From the NCBI RefSeq assembly GCF_009914755.1, contig NC_060929.1: a stretch of 64,000 nucleotides of DNA; one strand, 5' to 3'. This stretch comes from the human T2T-CHM13v2.0 reference genome, Homo sapiens. How positions within the stretch are numbered: position 1 is the stretch's first letter; each line of letters starts with the position of its first letter. This document shows, piece after piece, positions 27,401 through 40,375 of this stretch. Below the pieces are notes generated by a model, which worked only from the letters and a program-made list of their open reading frames with translations, was not told where the DNA came from and searched no databases. The position numbers and the translations under genes were made by a program.

Positions 27401-28276
27401 GTGTCATTTGGCTTTGGAGAATAGTCACTGCACTGGGGTCCTTGGGTCCTAGACATGGTCCTGCCCGGCGCCCTCTGCTCTATATCCCCACTTCTAGGAG
27501 GCAGACAGAGGTTGCATTTCCTGGGCGAGGGCAGCAGAACAAAGACCCGGTCGAAGCCTATTGTCATGGGGGCTGAATGCTGGTTGCTAAAAAGCAAATG
27601 ACAATGACCTCATGCATGTGCTTCTGCTTCCCACCTCATCAAAACACCTCCGCCTCCGGCCAGGGTTGCATGACCATAACAGGTGGCACACCCAAGGTGA
27701 AGTCTTACGTTGATCGTGCCACCAAGACACCCGTCACCAAAGCCTTTCCCGCATCCTCCGTGGTTTCCAGCATCTGATTCCAGAGGCCATTGGGCTGTGG
27801 CCTGTGCTCTGTCATTCAGAAAAACTTTCACAGGTCTTTGCCTGTCTCCAAAGACATTTCCCAAGTGATCAGCGTGGTGTCTGGTGCCATAGGAATAACC
27901 CTATCCACAGTGTACGTACAGCCTTCCCTCTCTGCCCACCTCTTGCCACTGTCCACAGAGAAGTCCGTGCTTGGCCTCTCACAAGAGTCCTCTTCCCAGT
28001 TTGCCCACTCATCCACCTCTTCAGGCCAACCTGTTCTGGGTCCCCCTGCACTGTACCAGGTGTTGCTGTGAGCTATCAGCATAACAAGCCCATCCCAAGG
28101 AGGAGGGAGCACCCTCCCAGGGAGCACCTCACACCCTCAACCTCCCCCAGGGCCTGTGCTAAAAGGAAGTATGGACAGAAAACAGACAGCTGCCTGGACA
28201 CGCTTCCCATCCCATTGTGGGCCCCGAGCCTAGTAAGGCCAGCATAGATCAAGGCTACTCAAAAGCAGATAGGATC

Positions 28277-28615
<339 letters not shown>

Positions 28616-28705
28616 CTATGTGTTTTACATGTATATTCTATATATTTACCAGTGTGCATATTCACTCACATACGCACTCACACACACATGCATAAACCAC
28701 ATATA

Positions 28706-29009
28706 CAGTCATCCCTCTCTACGGGAATTGGATACCAAAATCTGAGGATGCACAAGTTCCTGATAGAAGATGGCACAGTATTTGCATGCAGCCTACACAC
28801 ATCCTCCAGGTGGCTGAAGCCATCTCTGGATTGTTAATAATGCCTAATACATGCTGCACACTTCTTCGTTCTCATGGCGTCAATGTAGTAAGTGGTGCGC
28901 TTTTTGGAATTTTGTGAAATTTTTTTTTCAAATATTTTTGATCTGCAGTTGGTTGATTTGGTTGGTTGATTTCAGGGATGTGCAACCCACAGATAAGGAG
29001 GGCTCACTG
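28706..29009. mobile_element. MER2-like (TcMar-Tigger) element
   Basis: ta|cagtcatccctc ... gataccaaaatctgaggatgcacaagttcc ... cccacagataaggagggctcactg with terminal inverted repeats. Confidence 0.8.
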
Positions 29010-29412
29010 TCTTTGATATACCATATATATGCCAGCCATGCGCCTAACCCATAGTAAGTATTCAGGAAATGCTTGCTGAATGGTGAATTTTAAAGGAAAG
29101 GCAAATTCAATGAGCGGGTCCCGGCAGCTACTAATATTCCGTCTTTAGAGAAGTTTCCTCCTGCAGCACAGAACATCAAAGCACACACTGGTCTGGGGTT
29201 TTTCTTTCATTGTGCGTGGATACTGTGCATCTGTTGAGAGACCTGGTTTTGACAGTATCATCTTTAAAAGCCAAAGGTAACCCTCACTGGCCAACCATGT
29301 GCTTCCTGGCTGCTGACCCATGATGCAAGTGGAAACAGATACACCCAAGCACACTGCTGGTTTGGGGTGGGCTGGAGAGTGCATGTGTGGGTTTAGGAGA
29401 GACAGGTCATGT

Positions 29413-29416
<4 letters not shown>

Positions 29417-29447
<31 letters not shown>
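29417..29447. repeat. (GT)n microsatellite
   Basis: About 15 uninterrupted GT units. Confidence 0.95.
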
Positions 29448-29448
<1 letters not shown>

Positions 29449-29977
29449 ATGTGATCAGAAGAGGGAGAGGCGCTGCCAGAGAAAGCAAACGGAATGTGGC
29501 CAGACGAGCTCATAAACAGTCGTGCACAGTTCACATCCCGGTCAGGTGGCCAGGTCCCCTAGTAACCAATTTGATTGGGTTTTTAAGGATTGAAGAATTC
29601 CTGAGACTGACCTGCCAGTGGGGCAAAACCCACCATAGGCCACTCCGCAGGCAGAGGAGTGCAGAAATTAGTGCAGGTGCCTGTTGGGCAGCCGGGGTCA
29701 AGGTGTGAACAAAGGAGGCTGAGCTCAGCAGCCAAGCATCCCCCAAATGCTTGGTCAGATGGAACCATTTGTCCCTGACGATGACCAGCTCTCCCCAAGC
29801 CTGTGTCTCTCCTCTCATGTCCACCATCCTCCAGCTCGTAGGACCCCACCCACACTGCGCAGCCCATCTCTCATCCTTCCTAGCCCCCAATTCCCTTTTC
29901 TGTGGCCACTTCCAGCCCGCCACTGGTCATCTCTCCTCTGGAGAGGGACCCCACACTGTGTCTCATTGGCAGCGTCC

Positions 29978-30431
29978 TGCGCTGAGTAATGTCTCCAAAA
30001 CTCATGTCCACCCGGGACCTCAGAATATAATCTTATTGGAAATAGATGCAGATGTAATGACCTGGGCTGACATCATCCTGGATTAGAGTGGGCACTAAAC
30101 TCAAAGACTGGCTGTCCTCGTGAGAAGACCACAGGAAGACACAGAGACTCCTCACATGGGGAGCAAGTGGTGGGTGGCACTGGCTGTGTGATGGGTGACA
30201 GAGGCAGGCATCGGAGTGGTGCCCATATGACAAAGAACACCGAGGACTGCCAGCACCACCAGATTCTGCACCAGGCATGACGGGCCCTCCCTCAACCTCC
30301 AGAAGGCACCACCTCTGCTGCTCATACCTTAATTTTGGATTTCTGGCGTCCTAAACTGTGAAAGAATAAATTTCTGTTATTTTGAGCCCCTAGTTTGTAG
30401 CAATTATTACAGCAGCCCCAGGGAACTCACA
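29978..30431 (+). mobile_element. MLT1-family (MaLR) solo LTR
   Basis: gacctcagaatataatcttattggaaatag ... aactgtgaaagaataaatttctgttattttgagccc ... acagcagccccagggaact. Confidence 0.8.
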
Positions 30432-31059
30432 TGGGTGTTATTTGTGTCCTTGTCTCATTTTGTCTGTTCCTGACCCCAGAGAGGGTCAGCTGCCTGAAGG
30501 CAAGTGCCTTCTTTCACTTTATATGCTGCAGAGCCCTAGCCCAGAGCCACGAGGACCAGAGATATGTGAGCAGCAGGGGCTGGATCTCACTGAATGCCCG
30601 TGGCTTCTGCTGGCAATTGGACTCCTCCCGTGTCAAGCTAGAGACACAGAATCAAGACCTCAGGGCCCTGTGCCTCGCAGCCCCTGTGGCCAGGACATTG
30701 AGAAGTGAGGGACTTGCTGGCTCGTCCACTCTCGGCCTTCCTGACTCCCCCTGAACCGAAGTAGCCCCAACTCTGCAGGCCTCTGGCATCACTCACACCC
30801 ACCACCTACCGAGACCTAAAATCAGCATCTGCCAAGTTCAACCCAGCCCTGCACGGGAAGCTGCAATGAACCAGGCGAGTTTGACATAGGCAAAAAAAAA
30901 AACAAAAAAAAAACAAAAAAACATTCTTATTGTTTTATCTAAATCTAAAGGAAACAAACAAATATTTATCTGAACCAATTTAATCCGCCCTGGAATCTTT
31001 TTTCGGTATTAGCTAAAATTTAACTAAAATAAAACCAGCTCGAAATCCCCTCCAAATGA

Positions 31060-31603
<544 letters not shown>

Positions 31604-31968
31604 ATCGGTTCGCTTCTTTAAAAACCGTAGTGTCCGAGCCTGTCTGCTGCTGTATTTCTTTATTTCTCCACAGAATGTTTGGTCCCAGTCCCTGAGCTCT
31701 GCAGGGACTGGGAACCCGGGGAGAAGCAGCTTGTAAAGAGCTCTCCCCAGCTCTGCGTGCTTTGCTGTGTTGTGGGCCAGCTCCACCTCTGCTTCCTGTT
31801 TACCTCCAAACCAGATGCAGCTTTTTCATTTAGAAATACATGAACCCCTCCCCCAAAAGTATTCCAGTTAGAAATAAATAATTGAAATTAAATTATTGGA
31901 GCAGGGAGCATTTGAACTCTATCCTTTGCAAGCATGTCCTATTTTAAATGGACAAAAAGTATCAGTAG

Positions 31969-32345
<377 letters not shown>

Positions 32346-34312
32346 CCTTCCTTTTGTTTTCTTCTGAGTCTGCTGTCTTTTGAGTCAGGTAAAGCAGCAA
32401 GTGAGCTAGGCAGCTGAGTCGAGGCATTTCTCAGGCAGATACTTTGCCTTCTCTGTCTGTGGGAAATGTGGGTCAGGGACAAAGAGGAAACTGAGGACGC
32501 TGAAACTGAACCCTAACCTCTGGCTGCCAAGCCCACGTTCACCACCCTCCTGCTTACTGCAGAGACTTCAGGCAAATTTAGAAAGTGGAAAACAAGCTTT
32601 ATCATTATTTAACGTATACCCTAAAATACATCTAAAACCTAAACTGTATCTTCAATAGCTGTTGCCGGTCTGAGATACTCAATCTGTTTGTCTAAGTCAT
32701 TTTTACCACAAGCTGGCTGAAGTCTTTATCCACCATGATTCATCTGCTATGTTCTGAGGTTGTAACTTTTCCTGGGGGTGGTAATGGCTGAAAGGGCTGT
32801 GTTTACCATAGCACTTGTGCCCAAGTCTCTGCCTTCACACTGTGGGAAATTGTCAGACGGTAATGAATGGCCCGGGCCTGGCTGAACTTTGCCACCAGAC
32901 AGGCTTATTCTTGTGACAGTCTAAAGATCGCCGTTCCTATTATTTGGTCTGCAGGATTTCCATTGATTTAAATGTTTTGCTTATCTTCACATTTCATGGT
33001 GCAGGGCAGCGCAGGACTGATTTAAATCACTGCAGTCATTTGGGCTTAGTGTCAGGTTGTTCCCACGCTAATTTGGTCTGGGAATGGCTTGCATGCGATC
33101 ACCTGTTGGAAACTGACCCCACATGCAGAGACAGGGTGTGCCCTCAGTGCTGGGCAGTGTGGGGGGTGGGGGCTGGCTCATTCTGGGAGCTCCCCACAAT
33201 TTGGTCAATTTGTGACCAGGACAGCGCACACACTGATTTGGAAACTCATGGGCACTGAGGGGCAGCAGCCGTGTCAGAGAATGAATTTGGTTTTCCACCG
33301 TGGCAATTAAGACTGCATGAGACTGCATTCTGCACCAAGTGCACACGGGAGCACACATGTGCCTGCGTGTGTACGCAAACACACACAGAGTGCATGGAGA
33401 TCTCAACCGATGAGGCTGGGTGAACGCTGCGCAGTCCATCCCAGGGTTATCCCCTGAACCCTGATCTAGTCTCCCACCTCTGATAATTCCACACTAAATC
33501 TGCTGTCATCATCTCCCAAAATTATGTGGTGCCCAGAAAAACAAGAACCGGCCTGCTGCTGGATAGAGAAGGTGACCATGCACACCTCCTGGGTTTGAGG
33601 GAGTTTATATTTGTAACCAGTGGGATTTGTACAAAAATTCACAACGTCGGTTATGTGGACAGCAGAGGTGTCTGTGAATGAGGCCATTGAGGTCTCTGCC
33701 ATCCCATCCTGAAATGAGCATGGACATTTGGTCCTGGAATAGTGGAAAGTTGCAGGGCAGAAGCTCTAAGCTGGGAGAGAGAGAGCACACCAAGGCCCTC
33801 AGGAGGAAGGTGAATAAAGAGAGGGACTTAGAGCAGGCCTCTCAGGAGAGACTTCACAGTAAGAAAATAAATGTGTGAAGCCTGTGGCCTCCAGGAATTA
33901 GCATGTATTTATTTTCTGTTCCCTTTGTTTGAGAGATGAGCTCTGCCCCGCAGGAGTCTGTGTGATTGTCAAGGCTCCAGGTGATTTTTAGGATCCGTCT
34001 GTTTGGAAGTCACCAAGGGAACGCCTGGAAGGTGAATTCTAAATGGCTGTGCTGAGTTTTAAGCCATCGTATTTGGGAGACTGAGGAACAACTTGGATTT
34101 TTTTCTTCCTGGAATGAAAAGTGAATAAACATTTTCAGGTTTCTTCTTTTTCATCTCCTAGTATATCACCATCTTTATCCATTCAAAATATTTTCAAAAT
34201 GTGCAGCTGAACATCTTTCTTTCATCTTACATAAAGAAATGAAAATTTTGAGAAATGTGGAAGCTTTTCTCCCCATGGATTTTTTTCACGGGGAATTGTA
34301 AAACTCTCTGGA

Positions 34313-34471
34313 CTAGTGCTTCTCACACCTGTGCATAGGAATCATCTGGGAACGGCACCGATTCTGACACTGTGCATCTTGGAAGCAGGGATGCTGAGAG
34401 TTGGCCCTGATAACAAGCTTCCCCACAGGCCCCTGTGGCTGGGCCAAGAACCTCACTGTGAGTAGCAAGGT
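34313..34471. mobile_element. MER5-like hAT-Charlie relic
   Basis: agtgcttctca...gaatcatctggg...gattctga...taacaagcttcccc...cactgtgagtagcaagg. Confidence 0.55.
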
Positions 34472-34566
34472 TTTGCAACTGTCCTAAGGCTCAGGGCCAA
34501 GTCGACTGTGTTCATTACTTATGTCAAGTGCCTAGAACAGTGCCTGGTACTGAGGAGGTGGGCGAT

Positions 34567-34951
34567 TGTATTAGCCCATTCTCACGCTGCTAATGAAGAC
34601 ATCTGAGATGGTCAATTTATAAAAGAAAGAGGTTTAATTGACTCACAGTTCCGCAGGACTGGAGAGGCCTCAGGAAACTTACAATCATGGTGGAATGGGA
34701 AGCAAACACGTCCTTCTTCACATGACGGCAGCAAGGAGAAGTGCTGAGGAAAGGGGGAAAAGCCCCTTGCAAAACCATCAGATCTCATGAGAATTCTCTC
34801 ACTATCACAAGAACAGCATGGGGGTAATTGCCCCTGTGATTCAGTTACTGCCCTCCTGGTCATGCGGGGATTATGGGATTATGACACTTAGGGATTATGG
34901 GAACTACAGTTCAAGATGTGATTTGGGTGGGGACACAGCCAAACCATATCA
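34567..34951 (-). mobile_element. THE1-family (MaLR) solo LTR
   Basis: TG...CA ends (tgtattag...aaaccatatca); 5-bp TSD gcgat / gtgat; diagnostic gaggtttaattgactcacagttcc. Confidence 0.92.
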
Positions 34952-36964
34952 GTGATTAAAATCTGCTGAATAAGTGAATCAGTGACAAAAATGAATCAAA
35001 CCACATATTAATTATTTTGGAACTGTTTAAATGATACAAAAAAAAAAACCAATGGCTAGATCTCTTGATTTCTAATTGAGGCATATCTTAAGCAAGAATG
35101 GAATTCTGCCTGAGCCGCTTATCATAAAATAAATCTAACTCAAGAAACGAAAGATGTTGTGGACACTGATGGATGCGGATGTGGCCAAAGGGTTCCTGTG
35201 ACCTGCTGTCTCAGCAGGGTGACCACAGCCCCAAGGTTCTCGGCGCACTGTGTGAGCTAAGAGGGTGTCTGGAATGCAGACAGCAGAGAAAAAAGGCAGA
35301 AATGTGGTTCTGCAGAATGTTCCGAAAGATGTAATAAGTGATGGGCAACATCTGGCTCTATCCTTGTGACCCTGATAATTCTGAAATCAAACGTGAATCT
35401 CCCCACATTATTTTTTCTACTTTCCGTAGTCATATATTGTTGGCAACTTTTTCTAAAATTGGGTTTGAAGCAAAGGGAGTAAGCCTCCCAGATAAGTTCC
35501 AGACACATGCTCAGGGGCTCAGCCATTCCTCATCCAGAGGGGAAAAAAACAGACAAACAGTTTCAGCTTGTGACTTTCAGGGCCATTTGTGTCTCCAACT
35601 TTTCTCCTCTCAGTGGGCAGATAAAGATGTTTGACTTGCTCCATCACTGAATCCCATCCCCAGCGATTTAAGTCACTTCGTAAAGCTCTGATTGCAGGAG
35701 GTCCCAGAAAGGTTCAGTCCCTGGTTGTTCACTTGCAGGCTGGTTTGGGCTGTGGAGAACCAGCCCCAGGCCTGATGCCTTCACTTGCTGGAATGGTCTC
35801 TGACATACTCTCTTGTAGGTTTGGGGCAGCAAAGGGAGTCATGCATGTCCCCAGTTTTTCACAGTGTGATCCTTGCATTTTAAAGCAACAGTTTTGTTGT
35901 TTTTTTCACCCACCATGCACCAGGACTTCCAAAATGTTATCTGACCCAATCTTCTTGCAGGTGCTCCTTTAATTGCTTACATTTCCAACATATTCCAACC
36001 CTAGCCTCGTTTGAGCACAATTTACATGATTTAGTCTAGACAGTGGGTAGTTTTATTTTTCAGATGACTCAATCACAGATTCCAGTGTCTCTGTATCTTT
36101 AGCTGCCTAACCACTGATTTATTTTCAGTGGTTGATCTCAGATGGGTCCTGCTCATGTTCTGTGGCATGTGCATTATGCCAGCTCATGAAAGATAATCTA
36201 ACTGAGCTCACTCCCTTCCTTCCCTCTCTCTCCCTGTGCTGTTGATACTCCAAGTATTGGGGGAGCCTCAATAGGATGCCAACACCTTAGCAAAATAAGC
36301 CCCAGCAGCTGGCAGTGCCCACCCTCATGCATCAGGGGCCTGGGAATGTGGGTGATGGTGCCACTGTAAAGATTGGCTTGTCAAGCTTCTCCCCGTCGGA
36401 CCACCAGAAAGGGTGGCTTGTCAAGGGCATTCCCTGAAGGGCACTACTTCTTTCACGCTAGGCTCAGAGAACAAGCCTGGTATCCCCAGATATGCACCAG
36501 TTTCCTTGTGGCCATGCAACCATCATTGACACACTCAAAAATACTCTAGACTTCCAGACACTTCTCCTTCTATCCATACCTAGGTTAATTTTGGCCAGCC
36601 ACTCACAGTTGTAGACAGAGAGACCACCTCAAATGGTCTGGGTGGAGGGGCGGTGCTTTCAAATGCAGAGGCAAGAGGAAATGAGGGGTTACCCCAACCA
36701 GCAGTGACAAGGGCTGGTCCTGGGGACAAGAGTTAGGGAAGTAAGTACCTTTGCGCCAGGTCCCAGGTGGTAACATCAGCAACCGTGTTCTCTGAAATAC
36801 CGTAAATAGAAACCAAGATGTTAAGTCTTTTCATGTTTTTCAATCAGAAGGATAACTTGTAGGTAACTTTATTGGCAGGGGGATCTAAGTTTGTTCTTCC
36901 TTGCTGCCTGTAATTTGAGGAGATAATATGCCAATCCATGAATATCAGCTTTTTTAATCAGTAT

Positions 36965-37306
<342 letters not shown>

Positions 37307-37720
37307 TGAACTCAGCCCCCACAAAGCCCAAGCCCGGGAACCGTCTGTTGAGACTATAGAATCCAACTCTAGCGGTTCAAATCCCAGCCTGAGCAAGTCC
37401 TGTCACCGCTCAAGGCTCAAGGCTGTCTTCTATCTGAAAACAGGAAGGGTTCCAGGAGCTATGTCAGCTGGTTGGTTTGGAATGCTCTGCTAGAGGCCTG
37501 GCCCAGCACATGCCTGGTGCTTGCTTCTGGAAAAGGTGAGCAGGGACCGTGCTCACTCGCGCACATCGTGGCCAACCATAACTCCACCTGCCTCTGCGAC
37601 TAAGTCGCTCTTCCCTCACTGGCCTGCAGCAGCAGGCCTTTTAGAAAGGTGGGCACACTGAGGTTGACCAGGTGCCTGAGAGCCTGGGGCCATGGTGACA
37701 TGTGTGTGTTGCTCTCACAG

Positions 37721-37868
37721 TGCACGGCCAGCTGTGGGGGAGGCGTTCAGACGAGGTCCGTGCAGTGCCTGGCTGGGGGCCGGCCGGCCTCAGGCTGCCT
37801 CCTGCACCAGAAGCCTTCGGCCTCCCTGGCCTGCAACACTCACTTCTGCCCCATTGCAGAGAAGAAAG
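37721..37868 (+). CDS. ADAMTS16: ADAMTS16 coding exon (probably exon 22), last TSP type-1 repeat
   Basis: cacag|TGC...AAA G|gtgagt, 148 nt; CTASCGGGVQTRSVQCLAGGRPASGCLLHQKPSASLACNTHFCPIAEKK. Confidence 0.95.
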
Positions 37869-38609
37869 GTGAGTACATGGGGCCCCTCAGCATGACCTGG
37901 GCATGGGGCTGGAATGTCAGGTTTCTGGAGCAGTTCCTTGGGGGGCCTGGAGTTAGGGTCTTGCGTCTGATCTACCTTTTCTCTCTTTGCATCTTCTCCA
38001 GTTTTACAATGAAATGGTCCATAGAGCAGACCGGGCTGCCTCTCATGATGCCCCAGGACAACATAGATGGTAGTGACATAAGCGTGACTTCTTTCCTATA
38101 TCAATGCTGTTCACTATATTTAAAGAAAGCAATCTTAACTAAAGCAGCTTTTCTCCCTAGGATAAACAAAAGCCTCCCTTATTCACTGGGTGCCCTCTAA
38201 ATGCCATCCCTGTGCACACACAAAATCCCCCAGCATTGCGGAGACAGATGGCTGGGCGCCTGTTAAGGCTATTCTGAGAGATAATGTGGCTTGAGGAAGG
38301 CGAGTGGTTTGGCTCAACCAGAGAATTGGAGAATTGAAATTCAGTCAACAGAGGCTCCAATGGGTAGATGCGTGGTTGAGTGAGTGGGGTCAGCACAAGA
38401 AGAAAATTTCAGTTTTGCAGAAAACTTCCAAGAAGGCTCTTGTGAAAATAATAGGTTCCACGGGACCCCCATCAGACCTGGGGGCTGCCTCTCTGCAGCA
38501 GCCGCAGAGCGTGACAAATTCGCTTTTATTTGCCAGACAGAGCTATTAGCTGGCAACATCAGTCGCTGCACTCGGGATCGCTGAGTAATGCAGCTCTGCT
38601 CATTTTCAG

Positions 38610-38725
38610 ATGCCTTCTGCAAAGACTACTTCCACTGGTGCTACCTGGTACCCCAGCACGGGATGTGCAGCCACAAGTTCTACGGCAAGCAGTGCTGCAA
38701 GACTTGCTCTAAGTCCAACTTGTGA
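38610..38725 (+). CDS. ADAMTS16: ADAMTS16 terminal coding exon (probably exon 23), PLAC domain and stop
   Basis: ttttcag|AT GCC...; phase matches the previous exon; DAFCKDYFHWCYLVPQHGMCSHKFYGKQCCKTCSKSNL* has the six-cysteine PLAC pattern; TGA at 38723-38725. Confidence 0.95.
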
Positions 38726-39892
38726 GTTGGGACCGCTCTCCGTAGCAGAGAAAGTGCCTGCGTGGCACAGAAATTTCCCACAAATGAGCTGTGCAATCTA
38801 CGTCGGAATACATCCAAGGAAGAGCAAAGCCAAAAGAAGAAAACCGTGTTAGGCTCTTTGACCAGGAGTGTATGTATGTGGTTCACTGTGAGCCTGGGTG
38901 CAGACCTGTGTCCCCATGCACACAGTGTCTCCTGTCAGGCTGAAATGTGGCACCCTGGCAGACAGAGCTGTGGCTCGTGAGGCAGAAGGCAGGCACCACA
39001 ACGGGAGAGGCAGCACTCACCCCTGCCTGTTGCAGCTAAATCAAGTCAAAAAGACAGGCGAGGCTGAACTTGCTAAATGTCTGGTGCCTTAGAAAAAGAA
39101 GGAAAGGCCATGAAATAAGGAAAACATACAAAATATGTACCCCCTAGTTCACCAGCCTCCCCTCCCACTAGGAGGGCCCCTCGAGCCATCAGGAGTGACC
39201 AACTTCCTGGGTGGAGGTCAGGGGAGCTCCAGGAGGCTGCCCAGGCTCCTCCTCCTCCTCCCCAGCGGCCGAGCATCTCTTACCAGGAACCTGGAGCCAC
39301 CGCCGGAGCCAGCGTCATCTCTAGGGTCACTGGCCAGGGGACTGCATTCTGGTTTGGGACTTTGCCTATGGAAATGGGAAAAATGAAATTCCTGCTAAGG
39401 TGCTTCTATCTCTTTCAGATTCATGCATTGAAGGAGAGATTTTTTATACTTTATGTTTTATCTTTCTCAGTTATTTGCAAGTGAGTGTCCTTTTAAAAAC
39501 ACACTTCTTCATGCTTTTCTTTGTAAATGACAGATCGAAGTATAGGTTACATCAAAACCCTACCATCCTGAGAAGAGTTATGGTTCTATTATAGCAGACG
39601 TCAGCCACACAGCCTATGTGACAATAACCTTAGAGTCCTGTGTTTTGTTTTTGTGTGTTGTGAGATTTTAATCTTTTTTTTTTTCGGTGAGTCTGGCCAT
39701 TTCTATAATGCCAGGTGGGAAGCCAGGCTGCGGGTGTTAGGGTGGGAATCTGCCCGGCGTCTCTGGCACCCTCCCTGCCATCCTCAGTGCGGCTGCTGTT
39801 CTCCTGTCCGGTGCTGTGGCTCCATTCCAAAGGGGCACCTGGATATTTATATTTGCTGAAGTTTTATAATAAAGTTTATATGGTACAGTGTG
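38726..39892 (+). other. ADAMTS16: ADAMTS16 3' UTR (end approximate)
   Basis: Sequence between the stop codon and the first canonical AATAAA I found; U-rich distal part; no obvious interspersed repeat. Confidence 0.8.
39868..39873 (+). terminator. Polyadenylation signal AATAAA
   Basis: gttttatAATAAAgtttatatggtacagtgtgcttct: AU-rich upstream, a CA about 13 nt downstream, then GU/U-rich sequence. Confidence 0.8.
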
Positions 39893-40145
39893 CTTCTGAA
39901 CTACCTCATGATTCTTCACAAGGTTTGTTTCTGAAATCAAAGGATGGAACTAAGATACCGGGAGACAGGTCTCAAAGCGGAAGAAATGGGGCTCTAGACT
40001 GCAGGAGAAAACTAGAAATGGCCTAGAAGAAAGTGCCCCTGAGTGAAGAGGAGGCTGCAGGGGAGATGGTGGTGGTTGGTGATGGTGGCTTCCTGCTGCA
40101 TTTAATTAAAAGGAGGTGGGACCTCCCCGTGCCACCTCAACTCCT

Positions 40146-40375
40146 ATTAGTCAGGCTTCTTCAGAGGAGCAGAACCAGTAGGACATCGAGAGGGTTGGTG
40201 GGGCGGGGGATGGGGAGCAAATTATTTTCAGTAATTGGCTCTCAGGATTGCAGAGGCTGGCAGTTTTGGAATTTGGAGAGCAGGCCGGCAGGCTGGAGAT
40301 ACGGTAAAAGTTGATGTTGCAGCCTCGAGTTTGAATTCCACAGGACAGCAGCCTGGCGCCTCAAGCAGAGTTTCT
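40146..40375 (-). mobile_element. MLT2 LTR, part 1 (interrupted by L1)
   Basis: tattagtcaggcttcttcagaggagcagaaccagtagga...aattggctctcaggattgcagaggctggc...caggccggcaggctggaga. Confidence 0.75.
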
